DNA of 64,000 nt from NCBI GenBank assembly GCA_963793115.1, contig CAWBYV010000010.1, positions 576,755 through 640,754 of the forward strand. The letters are read 5' to 3'. Positions 1 to 9,042 of the stretch are shown here, piece after piece. The stretch is from an uncultured delta proteobacterium. Lineage in GTDB: Bacteria > Desulfobacterota > Binatia > Binatales > Binataceae. The notes beneath the pieces are model-generated. The model was not told the origin of the DNA, searched no databases, and worked only from the letters and a program-made list of their open reading frames with translations. A program made the translations under genes and the position numbers. Within the stretch, counting starts at the first letter, position 1, and each line of letters begins with the position of its first letter.

Positions 1-2
1 AT

Positions 3-488
3 TTCACCTACACCGACCTGATAATTCACGCTGTAGCGCGCGCCCTCACGCAGCATCCGAGGATGAACGCCCGGATGGCGGAAAGCGAAATCCGGTTGAG
101 CGAGCGGGTGAACGTCGGGATGGCGGTGGCGCTGGACGAGGGCCTGATCGTCCCGGTGATTTTCGGCGCCGACCGAAAGAGCCTGCTCGAGATCGCCGCC
201 GAGACCAAGGCGCTGGGCGAAAAAGCGCGGGCCGGAACGCTCAGGCTCGAGGACGTCACCGGCGGCACATTCACCGTGACCAATCTCGGGCTGTGGGGCG
301 TGGACGCCTTCACGCCGATTCTCAATCCGGGTGAGACCGGCATACTCGGGGTTGGAAGAATCGTGGAAAAGCCTGCAATCCACCGCGGAGAGATCGTGCG
401 CCGCTCGATGATGGCGCTGTCACTCACGTTCGACCATCGTGCGATCGACGGGGCGCCTGGCGGCGCGTTTTCTAATGACCGTAACTGA
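3..488 (+). CDS. 2-oxoacid dehydrogenase E2 (dihydrolipoamide acyltransferase), C-terminal catalytic domain, 5'-partial
   Basis: The frame is open from the window edge (FTYTDLIIHAVARAL..). It contains the catalytic motif DHRAIDG. The C-terminus reads more canonically after a shift near 459 (..DGAPAARFLMTVTE....P.., stop 511-513), so the stop at 488 is probably an indel artefact. Confidence 0.85.
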   Translation, partial: FTYTDLIIHAVARALTQHPRMNARMAESEIRLSERVNVGMAVALDEGLIVPVIFGADRKSLLEIAAETKALGEKARAGTLRLEDVTGGTFTVTNLGLWGVDAFTPILNPGETGILGVGRIVEKPAIHRGEIVRRSMMALSLTFDHRAIDGAPGGAFSNDRN

Positions 489-887
489 GTCTTCAACCGT
501 CCCGAGAGTCTGACACGCCCCGACCGTGAGCAACTTGCTGCAATTGCCGTGATTCTGCTGTTCCCTTGTGGCTCCTACGGCCCGTACAGGCCGCAGCCGC
601 TGCTTATGGGCGGGGTGGCTCTCGATGTCGTTATCTCGGTGGCGGCTTTACGGTCGGTCGCGATCTGCGCGCGAAAGATAGAACGTTTCTGGCCGCCGGC
701 GCGAGGAGAGAGCCGGCGAGAAACTCAGGGCGGCGAAATCAAATCGCGCGAGATTACAGACAGCAGGTCGGAAGTTGGGTGTGTATCAAGGCTATGGTCA
801 TGACGGTAACTCCGGTCCGCGAATTGGTTAAATCTGGGGTTGGCCAACTAAGGCGAAAAGGGACCAAAATGCAACAGCGCTCGCCCT

Positions 888-1628
888 TTATCCGTCAATC
901 CACCACCTGGGAGGGTATGGTAAAAGCGTGGGATCCATGGCGTCAACGGCTGTAGCTATGGTAACGGCAACATCTGCGATCCACTCCACGCGGAAATGGA
1001 TCAGGCGACTACGTATGGCCTCATTGTTGGAATAGATGACCTTATTGTGGTAGGAGACCGGAGCTTCTTGGACGTTCAAGGGCCACGATTCAGCGCGCTT
1101 TCCCGGAGAGTATGCGTGGGCGTAGCCACACCGAATTTCTTCATACAACAAGTTTGCGTAGCTAAACTGCCGTATTTCTTTGGGTTTCAGGCGCGGGCAT
1201 AAGCGGGCAATTTCCTGCTCGCTCTTATCCACTTCGTCGCCCGTGAGCACCTGAGTTGGGTCGAAGTTGAGGAACGCAGTTCCCAAGGTGTCTGCGACTT
1301 CCAAGGTGTCTGCAACTTTGGAATCTGGCCCCCGTAGGAATGCTACCAACAGCGGGATGCTTATGCGTGTCGTACCTAGCCCACGAGCTAAGGCGGTTAG
1401 GGCCTCTACAAATTTCCTTCGGTCGTTCTTGTCATTGTTTTGGCGGGGCCAAACGTCCGCAGCCAGTGCGCTAATCGCAGCGCACAGAATGATGACTGCA
1501 TCGCCGTAGGAGCCTGCACATTCCCCAGATGCGAGCCGCAGCGCCATACTCTGTTTTGTCCTCGTGAAAGTGCTTCGCCGATTCCCCATGTTCTTGCCCT
1601 CAGAGCTTGATGCACTCGATCTCGTCAA
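888..1628 (-). CDS. hypothetical protein (possible HEPN-like R-x4-H motif)
   Basis: 246-codon ORF in an AT-richer islet. TTG start at 1628, alternative ATG at 1589. No family recognised. It contains EEIRCGYAHAY (R-x4-H spacing) and an in-frame 6-aa tandem duplication. Confidence 0.5.
   Translation of the reverse strand: MTRSSASSSEGKNMGNRRSTFTRTKQSMALRLASGECAGSYGDAVIILCAAISALAADVWPRQNNDKNDRRKFVEALTALARGLGTTRISIPLLVAFLRGPDSKVADTLEVADTLGTAFLNFDPTQVLTGDEVDKSEQEIARLCPRLKPKEIRQFSYANLLYEEIRCGYAHAYSPGKRAESWPLNVQEAPVSYHNKVIYSNNEAIRSRLIHFRVEWIADVAVTIATAVDAMDPTLLPYPPRWWIDG
1283..1318. repeat. 18-bp tandem duplication (17/18 identical) inside the CDS
   Basis: ccaaggtgtctgcgactt followed by ccaaggtgtctgcaactt. 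On the minus strand it encodes the in-frame duplication (VADTLE VADTLG). Confidence 0.9.
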
Positions 1629-1675
1629 GCGTAAGGCGTTTTGAAAACCCGCTCAGCGGAACAGATTGATCGGGG

Positions 1676-2440
1676 TCAATCCTTGGGGGACTGCTGTCCA
1701 AGGGCACGCAAAGCTTCTCGGACTAGGAGCACGTCCTCAGCTTCGTGAGCCTCTTTGCCGTTGCCGGTTAGGAGCACGACCTGAAAATTCGTCGGTGCAA
1801 CCCACCTTTCAAATATGTACCTGCACTGGTTGGCGGCCTGCCGCGCGTCGTTCTGATGTCCGGCAATTACGAGGAGTAGTTTGCGCGGGTATGGGTGGAA
1901 AATCAGGTCCAAGACTGCACCCCTGATCTGTTTGGGGGTGCGAGATTCCACCTCTACGGCGACTGTGTCGCCAACGACTCCATCGATGCGTGCCCGTGCC
2001 GCATCGTCCCCGAAGGCGACGATGCAAGCTGGACCGCCGTCCGCGAATGCTTCACCGGCGGCTTTCCGCATGATGAGCCTGCCGTAGGCATCGTGGACCA
2101 GTCCCCTTCCTGCAGCCTCGGGCTCCCGCAGTGATTCCGCATCGTTCGCAAGCGGCCGGTCGGGGAGGGTTGGAGGCTCTGCCCCTTGCTGCGAAGCACG
2201 GGGTAAAACGTAGCGCACGGTCTGGCGGGGCCCCTGGCCGCTCGGCGGTCCGTTGACCACGCGGTCTTCAGGATGACTCATGAGCCTTTTCATAACTTGG
2301 CAGACTTGCGGCACTCGCCCTGTGCCCCCAAGCTGGCGATGAATGTCGCCCGCACGAATATCGACGTGTGGGACCCTCTTCGCTAGAGCTTCCTCCCACT
2401 GGCGTCGAATCTCCTCCTCGACGTTGTGTGCGCTGAACAT
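1676..2440 (-). CDS. hypothetical protein, weak PD-(D/E)xK nuclease-like C-terminal region
   Basis: The ORF is open to 2620. The ATG at 2440 is preceded by AAGGAG with an 11 nt spacer. The C-terminal stretch IDGVVGDTVAVEVESRTPKQIRG resembles a restriction-endonuclease-fold core. It lies directly upstream of, and on the same strand as, the 888-1628 gene. Confidence 0.5.
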   Translation of the reverse strand: MFSAHNVEEEIRRQWEEALAKRVPHVDIRAGDIHRQLGGTGRVPQVCQVMKRLMSHPEDRVVNGPPSGQGPRQTVRYVLPRASQQGAEPPTLPDRPLANDAESLREPEAAGRGLVHDAYGRLIMRKAAGEAFADGGPACIVAFGDDAARARIDGVVGDTVAVEVESRTPKQIRGAVLDLIFHPYPRKLLLVIAGHQNDARQAANQCRYIFERWVAPTNFQVVLLTGNGKEAHEAEDVLLVREALRALGQQSPKD

Positions 2441-2791
2441 TTTGCGTCGGGCTCCTTTACTTGGACGCCTAATTTTCGTTAGCCACCGCTCCTTAGCGCC
2501 CGGTTGGCACGGAGTTTCGCACAAGCGACGGCCGACAATCCATCGGGCCGCGTGTGCCATTTTCGCCCCCGCCGCGATGGCGCCCCGAAGTGAGACCGTT
2601 CCCTCGAGGGGGGCCGGCAAACGCGCGCGGTCGATCTGCGGCTCGACGATGTGACGTCGAAACTCGGTTAGGGCCGCTGCTCACCAATTCGTCCAGACCG
2701 GATCGCGTCGCGATGCGCAATGGCAGGCATACGTAAAGCCGCCTGGCTTCGCCGTGCTTGACAGGTCTTCTGGTCGGTATTAGGTAACACC

Positions 2792-3673
2792 TTGTACATG
2801 GAAGCGGACGGAGCACGGCCAGAGCGAGCCCGAGAGCTTGCGGGCAGGCGCCTGACGATTCGGCAAATCGTCCGGCAAGCCGGAGTCACATCGCCAACGG
2901 TCCATCACTACATAGCGATGGGCCTGCTTCCCACTCCCGAGCGGCCTCATCGCAGGATGGCGTTTTACGATCCGGCGTGCGTCGAGCGGATCGCCCGGAT
3001 CAAGGCGCTTCAAAAGCGGTTCCTGCCTCTGAGCGTGATCAAGAAGCTGCTTGACAGCGGCGGCGCCCCCGGCTTGCGGGAAGCAGACGCGAGATTGCTG
3101 GAACAGATGGATCTCGCCGATGTGCGGGAGACGCGGGAAGAAGTATTGCGGCGCTATCCCGTCGGCGAGCAGACATTTGCGCAGTTGGTGAAGCAGGGCC
3201 TTGTCAGCGCAGCCGCGAGGCTTTCGGCGGACGAGGTCGCGATCGTGGCGGCGGTTCATGCGATGAGGGAAGCCGGCCTCGATGAGCGGATGGGTTTTTC
3301 TCCCGAACAGCTCGGCTTCTACCGCCGGATTCTCGACGAGTTGATCGACGCTGAATTCGCCACCTTCAATGAAAAGGTGCTGGGGCGGGTGCCCCCGGAA
3401 GAACAGGTCCGCCTCGCGACCGCGTCCATCGAGGCATCCACCAAGCTGATGACAGCGCTCCACAGGCGAATGGTCAGAGAGCGGCTCGCCGAGATTCTCG
3501 GCGCCGGCTGGGATCGTCTCGCAGGCAAACGCACAGACCGTCACGCACGAGGAAAAGAAGATGAAGGACAGCTACGACGTTCTGATCGTCGGCGCAGGCA
3601 TCAACGGACTCGCGTGCGGAGCGTACCTGGCCAAGGCAGGGCTCGAAGTGGCGGTGGTCGAGAAGCGAAATGA
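2792..3673 (+). CDS. MerR family transcriptional regulator
   Basis: N-terminal helix-turn-helix LTIRQIVRQAGVTSPTVHHYIAMGLLP. The Arg-rich tail overlaps the next gene by 113 nt, so the true 3' end is uncertain. Confidence 0.75.
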   Translation: MYMEADGARPERARELAGRRLTIRQIVRQAGVTSPTVHHYIAMGLLPTPERPHRRMAFYDPACVERIARIKALQKRFLPLSVIKKLLDSGGAPGLREADARLLEQMDLADVRETREEVLRRYPVGEQTFAQLVKQGLVSAAARLSADEVAIVAAVHAMREAGLDERMGFSPEQLGFYRRILDELIDAEFATFNEKVLGRVPPEEQVRLATASIEASTKLMTALHRRMVRERLAEILGAGWDRLAGKRTDRHARGKEDEGQLRRSDRRRRHQRTRVRSVPGQGRARSGGGREAK

Positions 3674-5195
3674 GTGCGGCCCCTTCGCCCTCACCGAGGA
3701 CATTTTCGGTGCGGGCGTGCCGGTCGATACGCACGCCGGCGTTTGTTTCCTGCCGATGAGCCCGGTGTGGGGCGATCTGGAGCTTGGAAAATTCGGCCTC
3801 GAGATCTTGTTCCCTGAAGTCGGCGGCGGAACGGTGTGGGCGGACAAGAACCTCATGTACTACTCGTCCAACCGCGACAAGACTGCCGAAGCAATCGCTC
3901 AGTTCTCGCCCAAGGACGCGAAGACCTTCCTCCATCTGGCCAACCAATTTGCGCCCCGCGCGGTCGAGATCGCGGAGCGCGCCGTCTTCAGCCCGCCCAC
4001 CGCGGAGGGCGAGGATTACCTGTTCTCACTTGGAGAACTGGTCGGCTTCAAAGCCCATGACTTGCGGACCATGAACGGCATGGAGTTCCTCGAACTGCTG
4101 TACGAGAACGAATTCGTGCGCACCAGCCTGCTTGGGATGGCCAATATCGGTGTGTTCGGAGATCCCTCGGAGAAAGGCGAAGGAGCCGTGATGACGTTGC
4201 TCGGCTGGATCGAAGCGATCGGAGTGCCGCGCGGCGGGATGCACAACCTTGTGCACGCTCTGGTCCGATGCTTTCGTCATCACGGTGGCACGCTCCTGCT
4301 CAATTCACCGGTGGATAAGGTGACCTGGGGTGCGGGCAGGCCCGAAGGAGTCGTTCTGGCGGAAGAATCGGTTTTCGGCGCCCGCGAGCTGAAGGCGCGC
4401 AAGGCGGTCGTGATGCACACCAGCCCGCCGATCGCGCTGAAACTGCTGGGCGGCGACGAAGTCGCCCGTCACGACCCGGAACTCCAGCGCAAGATGAAGA
4501 ACTGGGACATGACCGGTCACTGCGCGTTCACCTCGTACTTTCTTCTCAAGGAACCTCCGCGATGGGGCTCCGCATCGTGGAATCCGGACGTGCAGAAATG
4601 CCCCTACCCGGTCAGGGCATGGGACTCATGGGACCATGCCGCGCGCTCGTTCCAGTTCACGAAGAATGAAGAGCTGTTCGCAGTAGCCGGCGATGTCGGC
4701 GAGATGTACAACCTTTCGGTGGTCGATCCGAGCCGCCGTTCGCCCGACGGAAAATGCGCGATGGTGTTCGAGATCGAATACCCGGTCAACCTCAGACGTT
4801 ACGGCGGAATCAAGGCCTGGGACAATCGCGAGCTTACGGACAATTTGCACGAGGACCATGTCAGGCAGCTCGAAGCGCTTGCGCCCGGCTTCAGAGACAG
4901 GGTCCTTGCCAGCAGCTATTCGACCCCGATCGACAATTGGCGGCGTAATCCCTCCGCGATCTACGGGCACGAACTCGGCGGCGACGTTAGTGGCGCGCAG
5001 TGGTACATGGGCCGGATGCCGAATCGCAGCCGAATCTCCGGACTCTATTTCAGTAACGGAGTCTGGCCGGCCTCTCTGACGCACCTGGGCAACGGATATG
5101 TCACGGCAGGGTGTGTCGCCGAGGACTTGGGGGTGCGGAACCAGGATTGGTGGCACCATCATCCATACGAAATGCTGCTGGCGCGGGCTGCCTGA
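3561..5195 (+). CDS. FAD-dependent oxidoreductase, phytoene desaturase (CrtI)-like family
   Basis: N-terminal dinucleotide fold DVLIVGAGINGLACGAYLAKAGLEVAVVEKR. About 540 aa, typical of the family. A purine-rich RBS precedes the ATG. Confidence 0.85.
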   Translation: MKDSYDVLIVGAGINGLACGAYLAKAGLEVAVVEKRNECGPFALTEDIFGAGVPVDTHAGVCFLPMSPVWGDLELGKFGLEILFPEVGGGTVWADKNLMYYSSNRDKTAEAIAQFSPKDAKTFLHLANQFAPRAVEIAERAVFSPPTAEGEDYLFSLGELVGFKAHDLRTMNGMEFLELLYENEFVRTSLLGMANIGVFGDPSEKGEGAVMTLLGWIEAIGVPRGGMHNLVHALVRCFRHHGGTLLLNSPVDKVTWGAGRPEGVVLAEESVFGARELKARKAVVMHTSPPIALKLLGGDEVARHDPELQRKMKNWDMTGHCAFTSYFLLKEPPRWGSASWNPDVQKCPYPVRAWDSWDHAARSFQFTKNEELFAVAGDVGEMYNLSVVDPSRRSPDGKCAMVFEIEYPVNLRRYGGIKAWDNRELTDNLHEDHVRQLEALAPGFRDRVLASSYSTPIDNWRRNPSAIYGHELGGDVSGAQWYMGRMPNRSRISGLYFSNGVWPASLTHLGNGYVTAGCVAEDLGVRNQDWWHHHPYEMLLARAA

Positions 5196-5208
5196 CCCGG
5201 CGGAAGCC

Positions 5209-6831
5209 ATGGAGAGATTCGACGTAGTGGTGCTGGGTGCGGGCCCCAATGGGCTGGCCTGCGCTGCCTATCTGGCGCGCGCGGGCGCGCGAGTGACCGT
5301 CGTGGAGCGCAACGTGGAAACCGGCGGTGGGCTCGTGACGCAGGAGATCTCCGGTTTCAAGATGAACTTCCACGCCACCTACATGATGCTCGGTGAGCTG
5401 ATGCCTCCGTATGCCGATCTGGATCTCGGTGCGGAAGGCGTGCGCTTCATATATCCCGAAGCACAGGTGTCGTTCCTTTTTTCGGACCGGAAGTCATTTA
5501 CACTTTTCACCGATCCGAAGCGCTCCACGGAGAGCATCGGAGCACTCAGCGCGGACGACGCGAAGCGCTACGCCGCGCTGCGCGACGAAGTGGACCGCCT
5601 GTGCGATGCAATACTAATCCCGGCGACTTTCGTCCCGCCGGTCGAGCCCATCGAGCAGATGATCTTGTTCCGGGAGTCGGGGCCGCTGGGGGAGCGGATG
5701 GCCGAGATCTCGGAGCTGACGCCGCTTGAGTATCTCGATTCCTTCGGTTTCCAGGATCCGCGGGTCAAGGCGGGGTTGCTCTATCTGATCGCGATGTTTG
5801 GGCTCGAGCCGGACGAAGGCGGTATGGGCTTCATGGCTCCCATCTACCTGTCGCGGCTCACGCACAGCGCGTTGGTGCGTGGCGGCTCGCATCAGCTCTC
5901 TTCGGTGTTGCGGCGCCGAATCGAGGAAGCCGGCGGCCGCGTCGTGGTCGCCAGAAGTGCGCGCCGTCTGGTTTTCCGCGATAACCGCGTAAGCGGAGTC
6001 GAGCTCGAAGACGGGACTGTACTTGAAGCGCAGGCAGTGGTGAGCACCCTAAATCCCGAGCAGACGTTCCTGGAGCTTCTCAAGGGACAACCGATCGCTC
6101 CTGAATTGCGCGAAGGAGCCGAGAACTACGAATGGGAGAAGCGCAGCCTGTTTGTCGCCAACTGGGGCGTGCTCGGAGCGCCACCGCGTTACGAAGGCTA
6201 CCCCGAGCTGGTGGACCAATCGCTCATGGTCGTGATGGGCTACGAGACGGCCGACGACGTGCTGGCTCACATCCGCGAGGTTCACGCGGGAGATTTTTCC
6301 CGAATCGCGGGGCACGGAACCGTTTGCTCGTTGCATGACCCGCTGGCCGCGCCCCGTCACGTCACATTTGGCACGCCGCACACTCTGCGATGGGAGTCAT
6401 GGGCGCCGTTCGACGCTCCCTGGGACAAGGAACGCGAATCCTACGCGGCCAAGGCGCTCGAACTTTGGACCCGTTACGCGCCCAATCTGAAGGAGGCAAA
6501 TATTCGAGTCGCCATCGCCTGGTCGCCAAAAGACATCGAGGCGCAACTCCCGACTATGAAGCGGGGCTCGATCAAGCACGGCGCCTATACCTCTCTTCAG
6601 ATGGGCTACAACCGGCCGTTCCCTGAATGCTCGAGTTATCGGACGCCGATCCAAGGGCTTTATCTTGGCGGCTCGAGCGTTCATCCGGGAGGGATGGTGC
6701 TGATGGGTCCAGGCTACAACGCGGCGCGAGCGGTCGCCGAAGACCTCGGTCTCGAGGTCTGGTGGCAGGAGCCTAACTTCGTGACCGGCGCCCGCCGGGC
6801 GGGATACCTGCCAAATATCGCGCCGTCCTAG
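5209..6831 (+). CDS. FAD-dependent oxidoreductase, CrtI-like, tandem paralog
   Basis: MERFDVVVLGAGPNGLACAAYLARAGARVTVVERN at the ATG at 5209. The track ORF starts upstream at 5098 but the Rossmann motif fixes the start. The C-terminal motif GLYLGGSSVHPGGMV parallels GLYFSNGVWP in the upstream paralog. Confidence 0.85.
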   Translation: MERFDVVVLGAGPNGLACAAYLARAGARVTVVERNVETGGGLVTQEISGFKMNFHATYMMLGELMPPYADLDLGAEGVRFIYPEAQVSFLFSDRKSFTLFTDPKRSTESIGALSADDAKRYAALRDEVDRLCDAILIPATFVPPVEPIEQMILFRESGPLGERMAEISELTPLEYLDSFGFQDPRVKAGLLYLIAMFGLEPDEGGMGFMAPIYLSRLTHSALVRGGSHQLSSVLRRRIEEAGGRVVVARSARRLVFRDNRVSGVELEDGTVLEAQAVVSTLNPEQTFLELLKGQPIAPELREGAENYEWEKRSLFVANWGVLGAPPRYEGYPELVDQSLMVVMGYETADDVLAHIREVHAGDFSRIAGHGTVCSLHDPLAAPRHVTFGTPHTLRWESWAPFDAPWDKERESYAAKALELWTRYAPNLKEANIRVAIAWSPKDIEAQLPTMKRGSIKHGAYTSLQMGYNRPFPECSSYRTPIQGLYLGGSSVHPGGMVLMGPGYNAARAVAEDLGLEVWWQEPNFVTGARRAGYLPNIAPS

Positions 6832-6843
6832 TGGCGCATCTTC

Positions 6844-7207
6844 ATGAAACTAGCGTCAAAAGGCCTGGGTAAGATCGCGTTGCCCTTCCGCTTTACCGAA
6901 GCGCGCCTCAGCGAAGCCCCTGACTGCCTCGTCCTCGAAGGCATCATCAAGGAAAAGAAAGTCAATTGGACTTATCGAGCAGAGTTGGAGGACTCGGACC
7001 TCATCAAGCTTTCTGATCCTCGCGCGCAACCCGGCGATCGTTTCGTACCTGGCCGATCGCCTCGGGCTGGCGCTCTTCGGCCGGTTCTTGCGGTCAGCCT
7101 TGACGCTTGTGCTCGATCTTTTCCGGACCTCCCGGATCGCCGAGTCGCGGAGCAGTGATGCGGGCCCCGGCGAGCCGGGCGTGAGAACCGAAGCAGGTGA
7201 ATCATGA
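6844..7207 (+). CDS. small hypothetical protein, frame-disrupted paralog of 7204-7548
   Basis: The N-terminus MKLASKGLGK.. matches MRFWSKGLGK.. of the next gene. After a T3 run at 7010-7012 the homology continues in the +1 frame (LILARNPAIVSYLADRLGLALF versus VELALNPTTVRYLMRRRRLVLAL). That frame ends in a TGA that overlaps the next ATG (ATGA at 7204-7207). Confidence 0.55.
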
Positions 7208-7548
7208 GGTTCTGGTCGAAGGGCTTGGGCAAGCGCTGCCTTTCGATGGATTGCGGCAAGGAGTCGGCGCGCGTCGAAGGCTCGACCGTAGTGCTGGCCG
7301 GAACCGTGAGACCGCCGCTGGGATGGGCTTACACGATCACGATGGACGAAGCGGACTGGCTCGATTTTGTCGAGCTGGCGCTTAATCCGACGACGGTCCG
7401 TTATCTGATGCGGAGACGGAGGCTCGTTCTGGCGCTCCGCGCCGGCTGGCATCTCGGATTGCTGTTCGCCGCGTGCGCGGTCCGCTTGCCGGCAATCTGG
7501 ATACGGCGCGCTGTTGGCGCCTTCGATCGCTCGCCGGCTCAGACCTGA
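7204..7548 (+). CDS. small hypothetical protein with hydrophobic C-terminal segment
   Basis: 114-codon ORF, paralogous to 6844-7207 and more distantly to 29784-30056. Its start is coupled to the upstream frame through ATGA. Confidence 0.6.
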   Translation: MRFWSKGLGKRCLSMDCGKESARVEGSTVVLAGTVRPPLGWAYTITMDEADWLDFVELALNPTTVRYLMRRRRLVLALRAGWHLGLLFAACAVRLPAIWIRRAVGAFDRSPAQT

Positions 7549-7702
7549 CGTGCCCTCCAGAGTTCGGTGCGAAGCAGAGGGGAGGCGCGCGAGAATTCCC
7601 GAAGCGTTCGCGAACTGAATGGACGGTCTTCCCTCGCGGCCTCACGCAATGACAGACTTTCACTAACTGGTTCCTCTTCCAGCGTAGCGAAGGGGCCAGG
7701 GG

Positions 7703-8957
7703 TTAGGTCCCAGCGGATTCCCGTTCGAGCATTCGGACCGTCGGCCAGAGCGCGGCGGCAGCCACGAACGGGCCGCACGCTCCGATTACCAACGTGAATC
7801 TGAGACCCAAGAGCTGGCCAATCGCGCCCCCGGCGATCGAGCCGGCCAGCGCGCTCACCAGTCCGATAAATCTCAGGCTCGCGCTCACCCGCCCCAGGAT
7901 GTGCGGCGGAGCGATCATCTGGCGCAGGCTGGTGGCGTTGATGAAGTAGATCGTCGCGCCGCCGTCGCCGATCAATTGCTGCGCCACGAGCAGTGCACCC
8001 GCCAGCAGCGTCGCCCCGTGCGCGAGCGGCACCAGGATCGAGCCGACACCCCATATCACCAGCCCGAACACCATCGAGCGTCCGGCGCCGAAGCGCCGCG
8101 CGGCGTGGGTCGCGACCATCGCGCCGCCGAGCGAACTCACTCCTCCGACCGAAAAGATCATGCCGAGCAGGCCGGGCTTGAAGCCCAGCGTGTTCACGGC
8201 GAACAGCATGTACACGATCGAGGTGACGGCATACGAAAAGCTCGTCGCGACGGCGCTGAGCAACAGCGCGCGAAGCATCGGATGCTCCCATACGAAGCGC
8301 GCACCTTCGGCGATCTCGCGCGTGACTGGCAAGCGGCGTGCGGCCGGCGCGGGCGCAGGCTCGGGGCGCCGTATGTTCATCACGCAGAGCGCCGAGAACG
8401 CGAACGATACCGCGTCGATCAGGATCGCGAACGGCGCGGTCAGCCATTGCACCAGCCATCCCGCCATCGCGAACGCGCCCACTTCCGCGGCCGACGAGCT
8501 TGCGCTGAGCTTGCTGTTGGCTTCGACCAGATCGTCGCGCTCGACGATCGATGGAAGATACGAGCGGTATGCGACGTTCGAAAAACGAGCTCAGGAGCCC
8601 GGCGGCGAACGTGACCGCATACAGGTGCGCCAGTTTCAGCACGCCGGCGAGCGCCGCGATCGGTATCGTCGCGAGCAGTATCGCCTGGCCGAGGTCGGTC
8701 GCGATCAGAATCGGGCGGCGTCGCAGCCGATCGACCCACACTCCCACGAACAGCACCGTGAGGATTCCGGCCCCGATGCCGGCCGAGCGCAGCAGCGCCA
8801 TCTGGAACGGCGCCGCGTCCAGCGTCAGGATCGCAGCGAACGGTATCGCTACGCCGCTGATCAGCGATCCGAAATCCGAGACCGTCTCTCCGCTCCAGAG
8901 TTTCAGGAAGTCACGGTTGCGCCACAGTCGCGCCGATCGGGGCTGTGAATCAGACAT
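7703..8957 (-). CDS. MFS transporter (frame-disrupted)
   Basis: N-terminal MFS helices sit in ORF 7539-8957 up to ..AAGLLSSFF. The remainder sits in ORF 7703-8482. The connecting frame reads SNVAYRSYLPSIVERDDLVEANSKLSASSSAAEVGAFAMAGW. The shift maps to the A5 run at 8581-8585. Confidence 0.8.
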
Positions 8958-9042
8958 CGGAGGGCTTCGGAGATCCTGGTTGAGTGTAAAGCGGGTCGCG
9001 TTTGTTGCTGACAGGGCTCAGGACGATGACGAGGCAGTTCTG

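Noticed and set aside
488-888. 400-bp gap after the E2 gene (track ORFs 549-803 and 566-955) as a possible ncRNA or small gene.
   Set aside because: I found no recognisable RNA motif, no RBS-start pairing and only Arg/Gly-rich translations. It is probably the junction between the core genome and the AT-richer islet.
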